Positions 38,671 through 50,690 are shown, counted from the stretch's first letter. The stretch is DNA of 52,190 nt from Octopus bimaculoides (GCF_001194135.2 NC_068998.1:36890435-36942624); one strand, 5' to 3'. Numbers and translations are program-made. The notes: generated from the letters alone by a model not told the origin.

Positions 38671-38901
38671 TTTTTCCCAATGCATACACCTGTGAACGCG
38701 TTCATTAAAGGTGTTGACCTGTTTATGTTTAGAAAAGAGAATAGATGGTTGCCCGTCCGTATAAAGAGGCCGGAAAGATTTCCTTTTGTCATACGGAAAT
38801 GACCTTGATGAAATTTTCCAATCTAAACAAAACTGTTTATTAGAGTCTTTAATGTGCCAAATTAGCTTACCAAATCCCGAAGAATTACGCTTATGACGAT
38901 G
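38671..38901 (-). mobile_element. Penelope-like element, C-terminal part of the GIY-YIG endonuclease region (decayed)
   Basis: HRHKRNSSGFGKLIWHIKDSNKQFCLDWKISSRSFPYDKRKSFRPLY...ILFSKH...FNERVHRCMHWEK fits the LSKxIWxLKD...xWKI...PY...CxLC...CRH pattern of PLE C-termini. Confidence 0.65.
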
Positions 38902-38979
38902 CATATAAAATGTATGTAAGCACACACACACACACATACAAACACACACTCACTCACACACACACTCACACACACATAC

Positions 38980-39050
38980 ATGAATGTTTGTATATGTTAT
39001 GCGTATTTTTCAGCATATGTTCACATGTGTGTGTAAACACACGCCAAGAA
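38980..39050 (+). repeat. Copy 2 of the (CA)n-core-(TG)n unit
   Basis: See partner at 35172. Confidence 0.8.
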
Positions 39051-39116
39051 CTGTGTGTGTATGTGTTTGTATGTGTGTGTGTGTATCTGTGTGTGTACGT
39101 GTTTATGTATGTGTGT

Positions 39117-39228
<112 letters not shown>

Positions 39229-40049
39229 CAACGTCGTTAATATTTGTGGATAAAAAAGCAGATCCAATAATAACTGATCTGTAAGCATTAGTGTGGGTTT
39301 TGTAAACCCTTCAAACACATCGTTTGAAAGCCAGTGGTAAAACAAACTGAATTGTAAAGAGCAGTGTAAAAGCAATACGATATCATTTGCACCTTTAAAC
39401 AATATAACAAGTATGTTGGTTAAGAATGGTTTCAAACTGATGAACCGATGGATTTTGTTAGTTGATATCAGTTGTACGTGTTTCGCTGATTGAGGATATG
39501 ACACTTAATTTTACATTTCTAAATTCACCAACTTTGGTGGTCTTCTTTAATAACGTTGAAATTGTAAGGAAGTTACTGTCCTTGGAAAATTAATCTTATA
39601 CGAAATCTAAAATTTCATTGAGACCTGCATTCTATCTAACTGAGATATATTTTCCATTCGCTAAAGCCATATATACTCATGAACCTTCCACGTTTTCACA
39701 GATACATAATATTTACTTCATAATACTCGATTTAGACTATTGATACCACTTACAGTGTCGTCTACATACTCTGAGACCATAAGAACAGCTTTCCTGCTTT
39801 AAATTTATGAAGCTTACTTAAGGCAAGAGCAACATGGTTAGAAACTCGATCGCTAGCAACGTGGAACAAACTAATTTGGAAATAGTCTTAAACATACATA
39901 ATAACTCAAGTGTCTGAGAGTAAATGAAGTGATGTTTCAGTGAAAATATGTAGCTTTGACACTCAATAGTCTGCGTTCAAATCTCATCAACGGCATACTA
40001 TTCAAATATAGGAATTAGTCAAATAGTTGGGTTGGGTTGGGTTGCCTAT

Positions 40050-40095
40050 GTTCAGTCCACTGCAGGATGAAGGCCTCAGCATGTTCTTTTCTGCC
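40050..40095 (-). mobile_element. Possible RTE-type 3' terminus
   Basis: Minus strand gaggccttcatcctgcagtggactgaa (EAFILQWTE) resembles RTE ends; very short. Confidence 0.3.
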
Positions 40096-40174
40096 GGGAG
40101 ATCAAACTAGCTTGATGATCGTATTCTGTCACACTGGCTCGACATGGCAATGGGACGCAGTTTTTATACTCTGG

Positions 40175-40328
40175 CCCAGGCGTGTTTGACTGGTTCTTAT
40201 CTTATCGACCCCTGAAAGATAAAAAGCAAAATCGACCTCGCCGGAATTTGATCTCAGAAGTTAAGGACGGACGAAATACCGCTAAGCATTTTGCCCGGCG
40301 TTGCTGACAATTCTGCCAGCTCACCGCC
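40175..40328 (-). mobile_element. SINE family A
   Basis: Reverse complement of ggcggtgagctggcagaattgtcagc...gagatcaaattccggcgaggtcgattttgc. Confidence 0.85.
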
Positions 40329-40752
40329 AGTGATATAAGTTACTATACGAATTTTAAATTTGAAAAAATCAGTAATCAATAAAAGTTCACACAGTGTGAT
40401 TATACTGTAGTCTTGCAGCTTTAACCAGTCTTGTCGGAGTTTATTGATACCGAAAAACAATAATTGCATGAATTCTTTGTTTTAATCTGTGTTAAAGCAA
40501 TGCTGAAAAGCTTCACTGACTTCAAGGATGCAAATTTATTCAGAAATCCTTCTTACAAGTCATGCAGAAGATGGTTCACGTTGAACTTCGCGTACAATAC
40601 ACGAAATATAAACAAATAAATACGGGACCTAATCTAAAATGTTATTCTCGTATTTGGAAACATGATTTTGTTCCTCACCCGACAAATACTAAAACAAATA
40701 AAAGACTGTACTAAGGTTACATAATTACTATAAATGACACTTCCTGAAGCGC

Positions 40753-40838
40753 TTTGCTGAGGCACTACCGGTCGGGGAATCGAGATCACGGTCTTGCGAT
40801 CGCCAATCAGAAACCCCTAGCCACTAGGTCACGTGCCT
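40753..40838 (-). mobile_element. tRNA-like SINE head (family C-related)
   Basis: Minus strand aggcacgtgacctagtggctag...atctcgattccccgaccggtagtgc. Confidence 0.55.
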
Positions 40839-40983
40839 TCAAACATACGCACTCACACATACTACTCTCATATGTGTATATATTCAGTGCTTGGGAGGTA
40901 CATGTAAAAAAAAAACAAAAAAAACACTTAGTAACATCTACGGAAATCTGTCACCAATATCCTTCAAGCTAAAGCAGAGATGG

Positions 40984-41212
40984 CTACAATTTACTGGTCA
41001 GTGTCATGGAGCAGAGAAAGAGGTTATCTGAGGTTATCCTATCCTTCTGGAAGTGTTTTCTCCAGGAAACTGACATTTCCAAATATTATATCTCGGGACT
41101 CATGGCTGGATATTAGAGATCTGAGAAAGCAATGAAGGACTGTGTAGTGTGGAAAGGGATTGTCAATGGAGTTCTGACAAACCATAGGTTGGTCGAAGAA
41201 TGATGGTGATGA
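40984..41212 (+). mobile_element. RTE-clade LINE, 3' fragment with GAT-type tail
   Basis: With frameshifts: LQFTGQCHGAEKEVI...RKLTFPNIISRD...DIRDL..AMKDCVVWKGIVNGV, then gatggtgatga. Confidence 0.6.
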
Positions 41213-41607
41213 ACATTTTCAGGAACATGGTCTCTCAGTTTATATACTCATCTTTCAAGATTTATGCCCCATATTCAAAGCATCATCTATCTCGGTGAAG
41301 AATGGTGGCCTAGAATTTGGAACATACATTCACTTATATATGATATAAAGATTAATGGGCTAGATTTGAATAATAAATAATGCAAAACATTATTTCTTGC
41401 GAGGAAGCAAATTCAAATTGAAAGAATATTCAACCAGCTAAATGAAATTGACGGATTTGTCAGTTACACGCCGATTTTGGTGTTTTACTTCGATCTCGGA
41501 GGATTTCGATTAAGGAAAGTGATTTATATCGAATGACCGTATGTGTATATGCATGCATAACGGTGCACATACAGACACACCACACACAAGCTGACTCTGA
41601 CAAACAA

Positions 41608-41653
<46 letters not shown>

Positions 41654-41837
41654 ACATATATGTATGTGTATGTAAATTCATTCATGCGTACATACGAGTG
41701 GTGTCGGACTGGGCTGCCGAATAGTTATGAATGTGTGTATGTATCTGTAAACATTTGAATGTTTCTGCATGGGAAAAATCGAATCTCAATCTGGTAAAGA
41801 TCCGCTTGGTCTGTTAAGACACGGCAAAATACATATA

Positions 41838-42220
41838 GACGTGGCTGTGTGGTAAGAAGGTTGCTTCCTAACCACATAGTTCCGGGTTCAGTTCCACTGT
41901 GTGGCACCTTTGGCAAGTGTCTTCTACTATAGTCTCAGGCTGACCAATACCCTGTGAACAGATTTGGTAGACCGAAACTGAAAGAATGTGTGTGTGTGCG
42001 TGTGCGTGTCTGTGTGTGTGAGTGTGTCTTTTTCACTCGCTTAACAACCGATGCTGGTGTGTTTATGTCTCAGTGAACTAGCAGTTCGGCGAAAAGAAGC
42101 AATAGAAAATATACTGAGGGTTAGAAAGAACAAGCCCTGGGGTCGATTTCTTTGCCAAATTCACTTTTAAGGCGGTGCTCCAGCATGGTCGCAACCAAAT
42201 GATTGAAGCAAATAAAAAAA
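41838..42220 (+). mobile_element. SINE family B, full length
   Basis: Colinear with 30072-30453. Confidence 0.9.
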
Positions 42221-42232
42221 TATGTGTGTGTA

Positions 42233-42388
42233 TTCTTTTAGGTTTTAGTTGTGTGCGTCATTAGTCTGCGGGCCATGATAAGGCACCCTGGGACTTATTT
42301 TTCTTATGACTTATTCCATCGGCCATTTTGCTCACCCGCTAAACATACCAACAGCGGTTGCCGAGCGGTGGTGACGGGACAAACACTG
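42233..42388 (-). mobile_element. SINE family B, 3' half, inverted and tail-to-tail with the previous copy
   Basis: Minus strand cgctcggcaaccgctgttggtatgttta...catggcccgcagactaatga. Confidence 0.75.
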
Positions 42389-42436
42389 ATACATAGTCAC
42401 ACACACACACACATACGCAGATACACGCACACGTGC

Positions 42437-42475
<39 letters not shown>

Positions 42476-43325
42476 NNNNNNNNNNNNNNNNNNNNNNNNN
42501 NNNNNNNNNNNNNNNNNNNNNNNNNNNNNNNNNNNNNNNNNNNNNNNNNNNNNNNNNNNNNNNNNNNNNNNNNNNNNNNNNNNNNNNNNNNNNNNNNNNN
42601 NNNNNNNNNNNNNNNNNNNNNNNNNNNNNNNNNNNNNNNNNNNNNNNNNNNNNNNNNNNNNNNNNNNNNNNNNNNNNNNNNNNNNNNNNNNNNNNNNNNN
42701 NNNNNNNNNNNNNNNNNNNNNNNNNNNNNNNNNNNNNNNNNNNNNNNNNNNNNNNNNNNNNNNNNNNNNNNNNNNNNNNNNNNNNNNNNNNNNNNNNNNN
42801 NNNNNNNNNNNNNNNNNNNNNNNNNNNNNNNNNNNNNNNNNNNNNNNNNNNNNNNNNNNNNNNNNNNNNNNNNNNNNNNNNNNNNNNNNNNNNNNNNNNN
42901 NNNNNNNNNNNNNNNNNNNNNNNNNNNNNNNNNNNNNNNNNNNNNNNNNNNNNNNNNNNNNNNNNNNNNNNNNNNNNNNNNNNNNNNNNNNNNNNNNNNN
43001 NNNNNNNNNNNNNNNNNNNNNNNNNNNNNNNNNNNNNNNNNNNNNNNNNNNNNNNNNNNNNNNNNNNNNNNNNNNNNNNNNNNNNNNNNNNNNNNNNNNN
43101 NNNNNNNNNNNNNNNNNNNNNNNNNNNNNNNNNNNNNNNNNNNNNNNNNNNNNNNNNNNNNNNNNNNNNNNNNNNNNNNNNNNNNNNNNNNNNNNNNNNN
43201 NNNNNNNNNNNNNNNNNNNNNNNNNNNNNNNNNNNNNNNNNNNNNNNNNNNNNNNNNNNNNNNNNNNNNNNNNNNNNNNNNNNNNNNNNNNNNTATATAT
43301 ATATATATATATATATATGCATGCA

Positions 43326-43706
43326 TGCGTAGTTGTGTGGTAAGAAGTTTGCTTCCCGACCACATGGTTTCGGGTTCAGGCCCACTGCGTGGCAACTTGG
43401 GCAAGTGTCTTTTATTATAGCCTTGGGCCGACCAAAGGCTTAGGAGCGGATTTGGTAGACGGAAACTGAAAGAAGCCCGTCGAACATATATGTATGTGTG
43501 TATATATATACATATGCTTGTATGTCAGTGTGTCTGTCTTTGTTCCCACTACATCACTTTGACAACCGATGTTGGTGTGTTTACGTCCCCGTAAACTAGT
43601 GGTTCAGCAAGAGAGTCCGAGAGAATCAGTACCAGGCTTACAAATGAAGAAGTCTTGGGGTCGATATGTTCGAATAAAGGCAGTGCTCAGCATTGCTGCT
43701 GTCAAA
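43326..43706 (+). mobile_element. SINE family B, near full length
   Basis: Colinear with 30072-30453. Confidence 0.9.
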
Positions 43707-44005
43707 CAGATCCTCTAATTCATCGTAAAGTAAATACTACCATGACCGATATTCAAACTACAGTGGAAAAGGCTAGCCACTGGATTTGGTTAAAAAGAGA
43801 TATGGTGAGCGATGGCTAAAAAAATATTGAGCTTTATTTGATAACTACTTGATCTAGCAAGCGAGGCCTCATAACAGGGAGTGGGGCGTGTGCACTGATG
43901 CCGTCGAAAGGTAGGCCCCGAAACGGCGCGCGTTCTCTCCTTGCTGGCCTCCGGTATGCGGAGTTCTCGACTGATAGCATTTGCATGTGCAAGTTGCTTG
44001 CAAAG

Positions 44006-44043
<38 letters not shown>

Positions 44044-44574
44044 GAGAGAGAAATACCTATACGCATATAAAATACATACGTATGCAATATGTATGCGTAT
44101 ATATGTATGTATATGAATGGCGTGCTCACGTGTGTTTTGCGCAGTGTGTTCATGTGTGTAGGCTTTGCCTCTTTATCTTTTATGTCTCTGTGGGTATATC
44201 TGTGTGGGAGCGACACACCCAGACAGAAATAGCAGTGAGGGAGAGAAAGAAGGAGACTGAGCGATTAAGAGAGAGAGAGAGAAAGAGAGAGGGAGAGAAA
44301 GGGAGGAAGAGAGAGATAGAGTCGAAGGGGGAATGAGAGAGAAAGCGAGCTATAGCCTAGCATTTTTCATGATCACAAATAAACAAAACGGAAAAGAAAT
44401 ACAAATTTGTGCTGATTCAATAACTGTGGTGAAATGTATATACTTACTTTAAGCACACACTCACACACAAACACACACACACAAACACACACACAAACAT
44501 ACACACACACACACACAAAACACACACACATATATACATACACACACACACAAAGCACACACACTGCATTGTGA

Positions 44575-44595
44575 ATGGTAGTAGTAGTAGTAGTG

Positions 44596-44635
<40 letters not shown>

Positions 44636-44713
44636 CTGCAGCAGCAGCAGAAGTAGTAGCAGTAGCTGCAGCAGCAGCAGCAGAAGTATTAGTAGTAGTA
44701 ATAGTAGTAGTAA

Positions 44714-44761
<48 letters not shown>

Positions 44762-44860
44762 CTGCAGCAGTAGTAATGGTGGTGGTGGTGGTGTTGGTGG
44801 TGTTGGTTATTTTGGTGGTGGTCGCGGTTGTGGTCGCGGTGGTAGTCGTCGTCGTCGTCG
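44575..44860. repeat. Compound trinucleotide tract (AGT)/(AGC)/(GGT)/(CGT)
   Basis: Directly visible; source of the poly-S and poly-V pseudo-ORFs. Confidence 0.95.
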
Positions 44861-45328
44861 TTATCTAAATGTAGCAGAATATAAATCATTTAAATCAATA
44901 TGCTTTCACAGAAACCAAAAAAACAAAATATTGTCTTACTTCATTTCACCAACATCTTTTAGGCATTTACAAATGGTGGATAAACCACGAAGCTCTGCTC
45001 GCTGGCTGGCGGCTCGGCTGTCGGCTGGTCGGCTAGTCGACTGGCTTGCTGGCTGGTTGGCCATTTGGTTGGACGGTAAGCCCTCTATGTTAGTTATTTA
45101 TCATCACAGACTGGTTTGCTTTGTCTCTGTTAGCTTCTCTCTACACGATTATAGCATAAAAGTACATTTAATATGGATTTATGTTTGTATGAAATCTTAA
45201 CACGAATATAGAGTGAGTAATAAATATCATAACGTAAGCTGATCTATTGCTGAGATTGATGACTAGAAACTGAATAGTAAATAGTGATGGATATGGCTGT
45301 TATTAATTCATCGTTGCTGTTGCTTTTG

Positions 45329-45456
<128 letters not shown>

Positions 45457-45465
45457 TCATCTGCC

Positions 45466-45601
45466 GTTACGTTCTGAGTTCAAATTCCACCGAGGTCGAA
45501 TTAATTCGAAGTCTATTAATAATTACCAGTTACGCAATGGGGTCGACGTAATCGACTTATCTCCCAACACCAAATTGAACTTGTGGCAAAAATTTGAAAT
45601 C
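45466..45601 (+). mobile_element. SINE family A, 5'-truncated and internally deleted
   Basis: gttacgttctgagttcaaattccaccgaggtcga...ggggtcgacgtaatcgac...aatttgaaatc. Confidence 0.75.
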
Positions 45602-45645
45602 ATCACCATCATCATCATCATCATCATCATTATTATTATTATTTA

Positions 45646-45836
45646 GGCGGCGAGCTGGTATAGATGTTAATGAGACGGACAAAATGCTTAGCGGTATTTT
45701 GTCGTACGTCTTTACGTTCTAAGTTCAAATTCTACGGTGGTCAACTTTGCCTTTCATACTTTTGGGGTCGACAAAATAAGTAACTGACTTACCCCTACCC
45801 CACGAACTTTCTGGCCTTATGCGAACATTTGAAACC
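45646..45836 (+). mobile_element. SINE family A
   Basis: ggcggcgagctgg...aacatttgaaacc, flanked by ATT repeats. Confidence 0.85.
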
Positions 45837-45844
45837 GTTATTAT

Positions 45845-46390
45845 TTTTTTCTCTCCTTTCTTTACGAGCCTGCATTCAAACGGCCAGGATGGGTCGATAA
45901 GTAAGCAACTTCGCTTTTCCTTATTTATAATTGTAATGTCTAGTCTATTATTTTCTAACTTCTTGTCTGTTTGAATAGGAAAATCCCACAAAATCTTAAA
46001 TTTTTCTGACTCCAGTACTCTTACAACAAGATGATCGTACCGTGTTTCCAGTTTCAAATCCTCTTTTCTGGCACAGTTTCCAGCGTAAAACTTTTACAAA
46101 CTGTTCGTGCCTCTATTTCTTATACTATTCTGATGCCAACTGGGGGCATTCCGTCACAATGTGTGCCACCATCTCGTTCCACAAGCTCTATATTTTTCTG
46201 ACAAATTCTATCCATTTATATATTTTCTCAAGTTGTTTGTTTTTATCGCTTGACCCTGGGCTGCTAGAATTAGACTCTCTGTTCCTATTTGTAATTGCCC
46301 CTATTAAAACCAATCCCGGGACTTTGTTCCACATACGTCTTCAGTGGCTCTCCAAAAATGGCCATGCAGAGGTTTCTCTTCGATCTGTCT
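45845..46390 (-). mobile_element. R4/Dong-type RLE retrotransposon fragment (element 4), decayed
   Basis: With frameshifts: EEKPLHGHFWRATEDV...GTESLILAAQGQAIKTN...VAHIVTECPQLA...RHEQFVKVLRWKLCQKRG...YDH...ESEKFKILWDFPIQTDKKLENNRLDITIINKEKRSCLLIDPS. Confidence 0.85.
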
Positions 46391-47446
46391 GACATATAAA
46401 GGCGTAATAGGAAATAAAAGCGTTAAGTTGAAAATAAAATCTGAAGAACATTTCCCTTGGAATATCCCAATATATAATTCTGTGAAGCTGAAGCTGACAA
46501 TCCTTGTGTAGTTGTTGGCTGTCAAAGCTATCTGCTTCTTCGTTGTTGCATTAATGACGTTATTCATGTTGTATTTTACTGCATTTTGTTTGACCGAAAC
46601 AAAGCCGTCTTTCTAAACCATTGAGATACATGACCATTTCTTGTTTTTCTATTCCTTAACCTTATCCATTATCAAACTTTTCCAGTTTCTGCAGCTGACT
46701 GTGTGGACCATATGGTGTGTGAGATATATAAAATGCTTTCTGTGTAATTAGTACTATTGAATTGAAAATGTCTTTCGTAAGATAGTCTTTGTGAATCTCA
46801 TGGTTAATTTTGGGACTGTATGTTGAGTCTGAGCTATGATTTTGGTTTTTATGATTTTGTTCATGTACTTTATCATACCTAGTACTCAAATTATTGCTGG
46901 TTCTTTTTGAATTTCATGGTTCACATTCTGCTTATATTCACAATAAGAACTTTGTTCTTTTAGTTTTGTAACTTCTTTCAGAGTGATTTTATGAGTGAGA
47001 TATATCAAAAAAAAAAACACTCAGATTACGGGTATTTTCGTTCCAGTCTTCAATAAATATATTTAGACTCTTTGCCTTGATCTCCTTGTCGAGTTGGTTA
47101 TTTCAGTAGCAATGTCATTGTCATGAACCGTGTTTGGTACATAGTTATTCACAACAAAGGTATTTTCTTAATTTTCCCTGAGCAGAGGTTGATAGGATCA
47201 TAGGATGTTTTGATGTTTCCTAGGCAGCGAGTTACCTCCGCTTTGTGGTTGAGTGCCTTTGTAGTTATTTGTTACGGCATGTAATATTTAATCTTTGTAC
47301 TGCACTAAGATTTTGGCTTCTCCGCTTATTCTATTTGTACTCTCTCCCATGCTTTTGTAAACTTTTTGTGTAATGTTACATGGTAGATCCTTGAAACCAT
47401 TAAAGTAATCAAGATCATTATTATTGTTATTGTTAATAAAAATAGT

Positions 47447-47658
47447 GGTTTGAAATGTTGGTACAAGGCCAATAGCATTAGGGGTGGTAGTAAGTCGGTT
47501 CTATCGACCTCAGCACTAGACAGACTTTATTTTAGCGTTCCTGAAAGGATTAAAGACAAAGTCGACCTGAGTAGAATTTGAACTCAGAACGTAAAGACTG
47601 ACGAAATATCGCTAAGCATTTTGCCTGGCTTGCTAACCATTCTGCCAGCTCACCACCT
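47447..47658 (-). mobile_element. SINE family A, full length
   Basis: Reverse complement of the A consensus; followed by (AAT)n at 47660-47710. Confidence 0.85.
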
Positions 47659-47659
47659 C

Positions 47660-47710
<51 letters not shown>

Positions 47711-47816
47711 CCATTCTACTAAAGGCACAATGCCTGAAATTTTGGGAGAGGGCACTAGTCGATTACATTGACTCCAGTGATTCACTGGTTCTTAATTCAT
47801 CGACCCCGAAAGGATG
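47711..47816 (-). mobile_element. SINE family A, 3' half (variant tail)
   Basis: aaggcacaa...agtcgattacattgactccag...ttcatcgaccccgaaaggatg between (AAT)n tracts. Confidence 0.75.
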
Positions 47817-47886
<70 letters not shown>

Positions 47887-47924
47887 CAACAACAACAACT
47901 ACAACAACAACAATCGGAGGACTG

Positions 47925-48050
47925 GCAGGGCCATAAGTGTATCGTGTATCATTTCAAATCCTACTGAGTTCGACTGTACTTTTCATTCTTTCTGAGTAGA
48001 TAAAATATAGCATCAATCAAATGCTCGGGTCGATGTAATCGATATTCTTC
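47925..48050 (+). mobile_element. SINE family A-like, degenerate
   Basis: ttcaaatcctactgagttcgact...ttttcattctttc...gataaaata...gggtcgatgtaatcga. Confidence 0.5.
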
Positions 48051-48487
48051 TTCCTTAAATGATTGAATCAAGTAAAAGAAGAAACGGAGTGGCAAATAAA
48101 TGGTGTTCATTCTTTTAGCCACGGCAAATACCGTAGACTAAACTAAGTTTTAAAGATAAGGCGATTGGAGCGTAGAAGTTCCGTGTTAACCATTCAGAAA
48201 TCTGCAAAAAAAAAAACAAAAAAAAAAACTGTTAACATCATTTAAACATTTATAGAGATGCAGCATGGAATTTTTCAGTGAACAGGTCGCGGTTTCAAAG
48301 CGACGAAAATATTTTGGCAAATTAAATTTAAATGTTGAAGTGAATCTAACGGTTTTTGTGTGTTTCTTAAATGGCTTATAAACACCTTCCACGCTGCAAT
48401 TGTTTTCGTTCCAGCACACGATCACAGATCAGGTCACTTGCTATGCAAGTACATCTCCGTAATAAACATTTATTGTTAACAATATAA

Positions 48488-48532
48488 TGTCAAAAGCTTT
48501 CGTCGCACGAGTCTGCGAGCTTGTCACTGACA
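48488..48532 (-). ncRNA. Decayed minimal hammerhead-like motif
   Basis: Minus strand tgtca-gTGACaA-g-c-TCGCA-gactcg-TGCGA-c-GAA-AGCT-T-t-tgaca; two core substitutions. Confidence 0.35.
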
Positions 48533-50351
48533 AAGGTACATTACCTGGCAAGTGCACCTACGTAATTTTTACAATAAAGACGTTAACCTAAGTTTTAAAA
48601 TAAAAGTATATACTGGGGAGAGAAATCATCGATTTTAAACGTGTGCTCTTGCCAGTTGCAAATTTATCTTACATTTGCTGAGGGTTACATAAATACAAAT
48701 CTTATAGATCATTAGAATCAGTAGAGGGATTTGCATTTCCTATCTCTTTAGCTATTTCAATTAGAATTATGGTTACTGCACTTTGAGCGAATCACTCGTC
48801 AATAATACATTTGTTTGTATCTGCTTATATAATATGAGTTTGTGTTCCTGCCTGTGTAGATGCAGCTGTCTATATGTCTGTGTCTTGTCGCTGTGTAATT
48901 CTGGATAAATCTAGATGTCTCAAGTGATACATCTGTAAACGCTAATGTATATTTATATGTAATTATATGATATCTCTGTATATATTTACATACGTTGATT
49001 TAAGCTCAAACGATCGATATACCACGACATACAAAGCGGCTGTGCGTGTAAGTAGGTATGAATGTACATAGAGAAACATTTGTATACATACACATGATAC
49101 ACATGTGTGTATCATGTAGATGTATTGATTTGCCTTAATGTTTTCAGTGTGTATGCTTTTATTACGGACCAATACAATAAATTACGTTTATTATTACTAC
49201 GTCGGTTAGTCAAACAAACGGACTTCGATGTAATTCACCATCGTTTTTCACACTCATTTCAAACAGCTTTTTGCATATTTCACACAAGAAATTAATTTGA
49301 CAAGTGTTTGAGCATTTAATAGCAGCAATAAAGAAGAATAAGAAAACCTTTTCTAGTAAGTTCTACCTAATCTACCATAACGTAAATGGTCTGAGCTTTG
49401 GTGTAACACCAGGGTGAGTAGAAGTTAATTTTCTTAAACATGGAGCACTGTAAATGCTTGAACATTTAAACATTATTTTATTTGATGTTCCATGTGGAGA
49501 AGGAATAAATACAAATGGCGAAACGTTGAGATGTAATATGCTTCTCAGCGTGATGTATTCGCTGACTGCAGATCAATGCCGATACAATTGGCGGATGCGT
49601 AAAAATATCTTTGTCTTGACTATCCAGTTTTTTAGTCGATATTATGTAATGTCGCTTTCATTACTTAAGATGGTGAATGTAATTCGAGGGAAATTTGCTA
49701 GTTTTTCTCATTGATTCTTTCCGCGGCTCATAGAATAAGTACCAGTCATATATCATGGTTGGTTGAACTGACTGAACACTATATACTTTTAGTACGGTGC
49801 GCGTGTGACAAATCATTATTGTCATTATGCAAGATACAAACTAATTTAAAAAGAAAGGAGAGCTTTCCAGTTGAACAAATCCAAGTGTTATTGTTAAGTA
49901 GTAGCGATTTTGATGTGCCCCACTTCACCATTGGCAGAGGCTGGGCAGTTCCAACGCTCCTAGCAAACGATTGGCGCCTGCTTTTCTGCACGATGTATCT
50001 ATATGAAAGGTTCCGCCAAGGAAAATAACGCAGTATTTAAAAATACATCCATATAAAGTTGGATATAAAGATTGCCTTTAGGTATTAATACTGCTTCTCT
50101 CTGTAATAATTAAGTCTTGAGAAGACTGTCGCTATTTGCGACATCAGTGTCTGAGAAGACAGGGCGGTATGCGGCTACCGCACGTCTGACACCGAAGGGA
50201 CGTTATTTAGCAGTACTAGTAACCATAGCAGACAGCTCTCCGCTGCCACCGCTATAAATGGGTGAGATTTTCTGCGTTATATATGTATATGAAAAGTCCT
50301 CTCAAGGACCGCAGTATTCGACACTCTAACAACACATTCACGTTAAGTTGG

Positions 50352-50393
<42 letters not shown>

Positions 50394-50518
50394 CCCTTCT
50401 TGTTTATTTTCACTTCTTCGTTTTCCTGTCATGTTTTCTGTTTGCCACTTAATTCTTCTGCATTACAAATTTAATTTAATTTAATCTAATTTGTTTCCGC
50501 GGGAAGAGTTATTCTAAC

Positions 50519-50690
50519 AATGCGTCCTGCCCCAACCCTTCGAAATGCTTAGTTTAGAATAGGGGCAGCTGATGAAGGAAATATCCTCTATGTGGCCTGT
50601 TTGTTTTCTGTGCTCTGTTTATGTTTTGTTTTTCATTTTGTCCACGTTTTTTTGTAACGTCCTGTACCCAGATATGCATTTATATATACA
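50519..50690 (+). repeat. Repeat family F copy containing hammerhead catalytic segments
   Basis: GTC-ctgcccc (50524-50533), ccttcGAAAtgc (50537-50548), ggggcag-CTGATGA-agg (50562-50578); 3' part shared with 215-312. Confidence 0.5.

Noticed and set aside
40029-40046. (GGGTT)3 as a telomeric repeat or G-quadruplex
   Set aside because: Only three G-runs and not TTAGGG.
49482-49527. ttgatgt-tccat...atgg-cGAAACGTT
   Set aside because: Two core substitutions and no convincing helix I; too degenerate to call.
49900-50280. Two ATTGG boxes, a GC-rich stretch and TATAAAT as a possible promoter
   Set aside because: Short motifs expected by chance; no adjacent gene can be supported.
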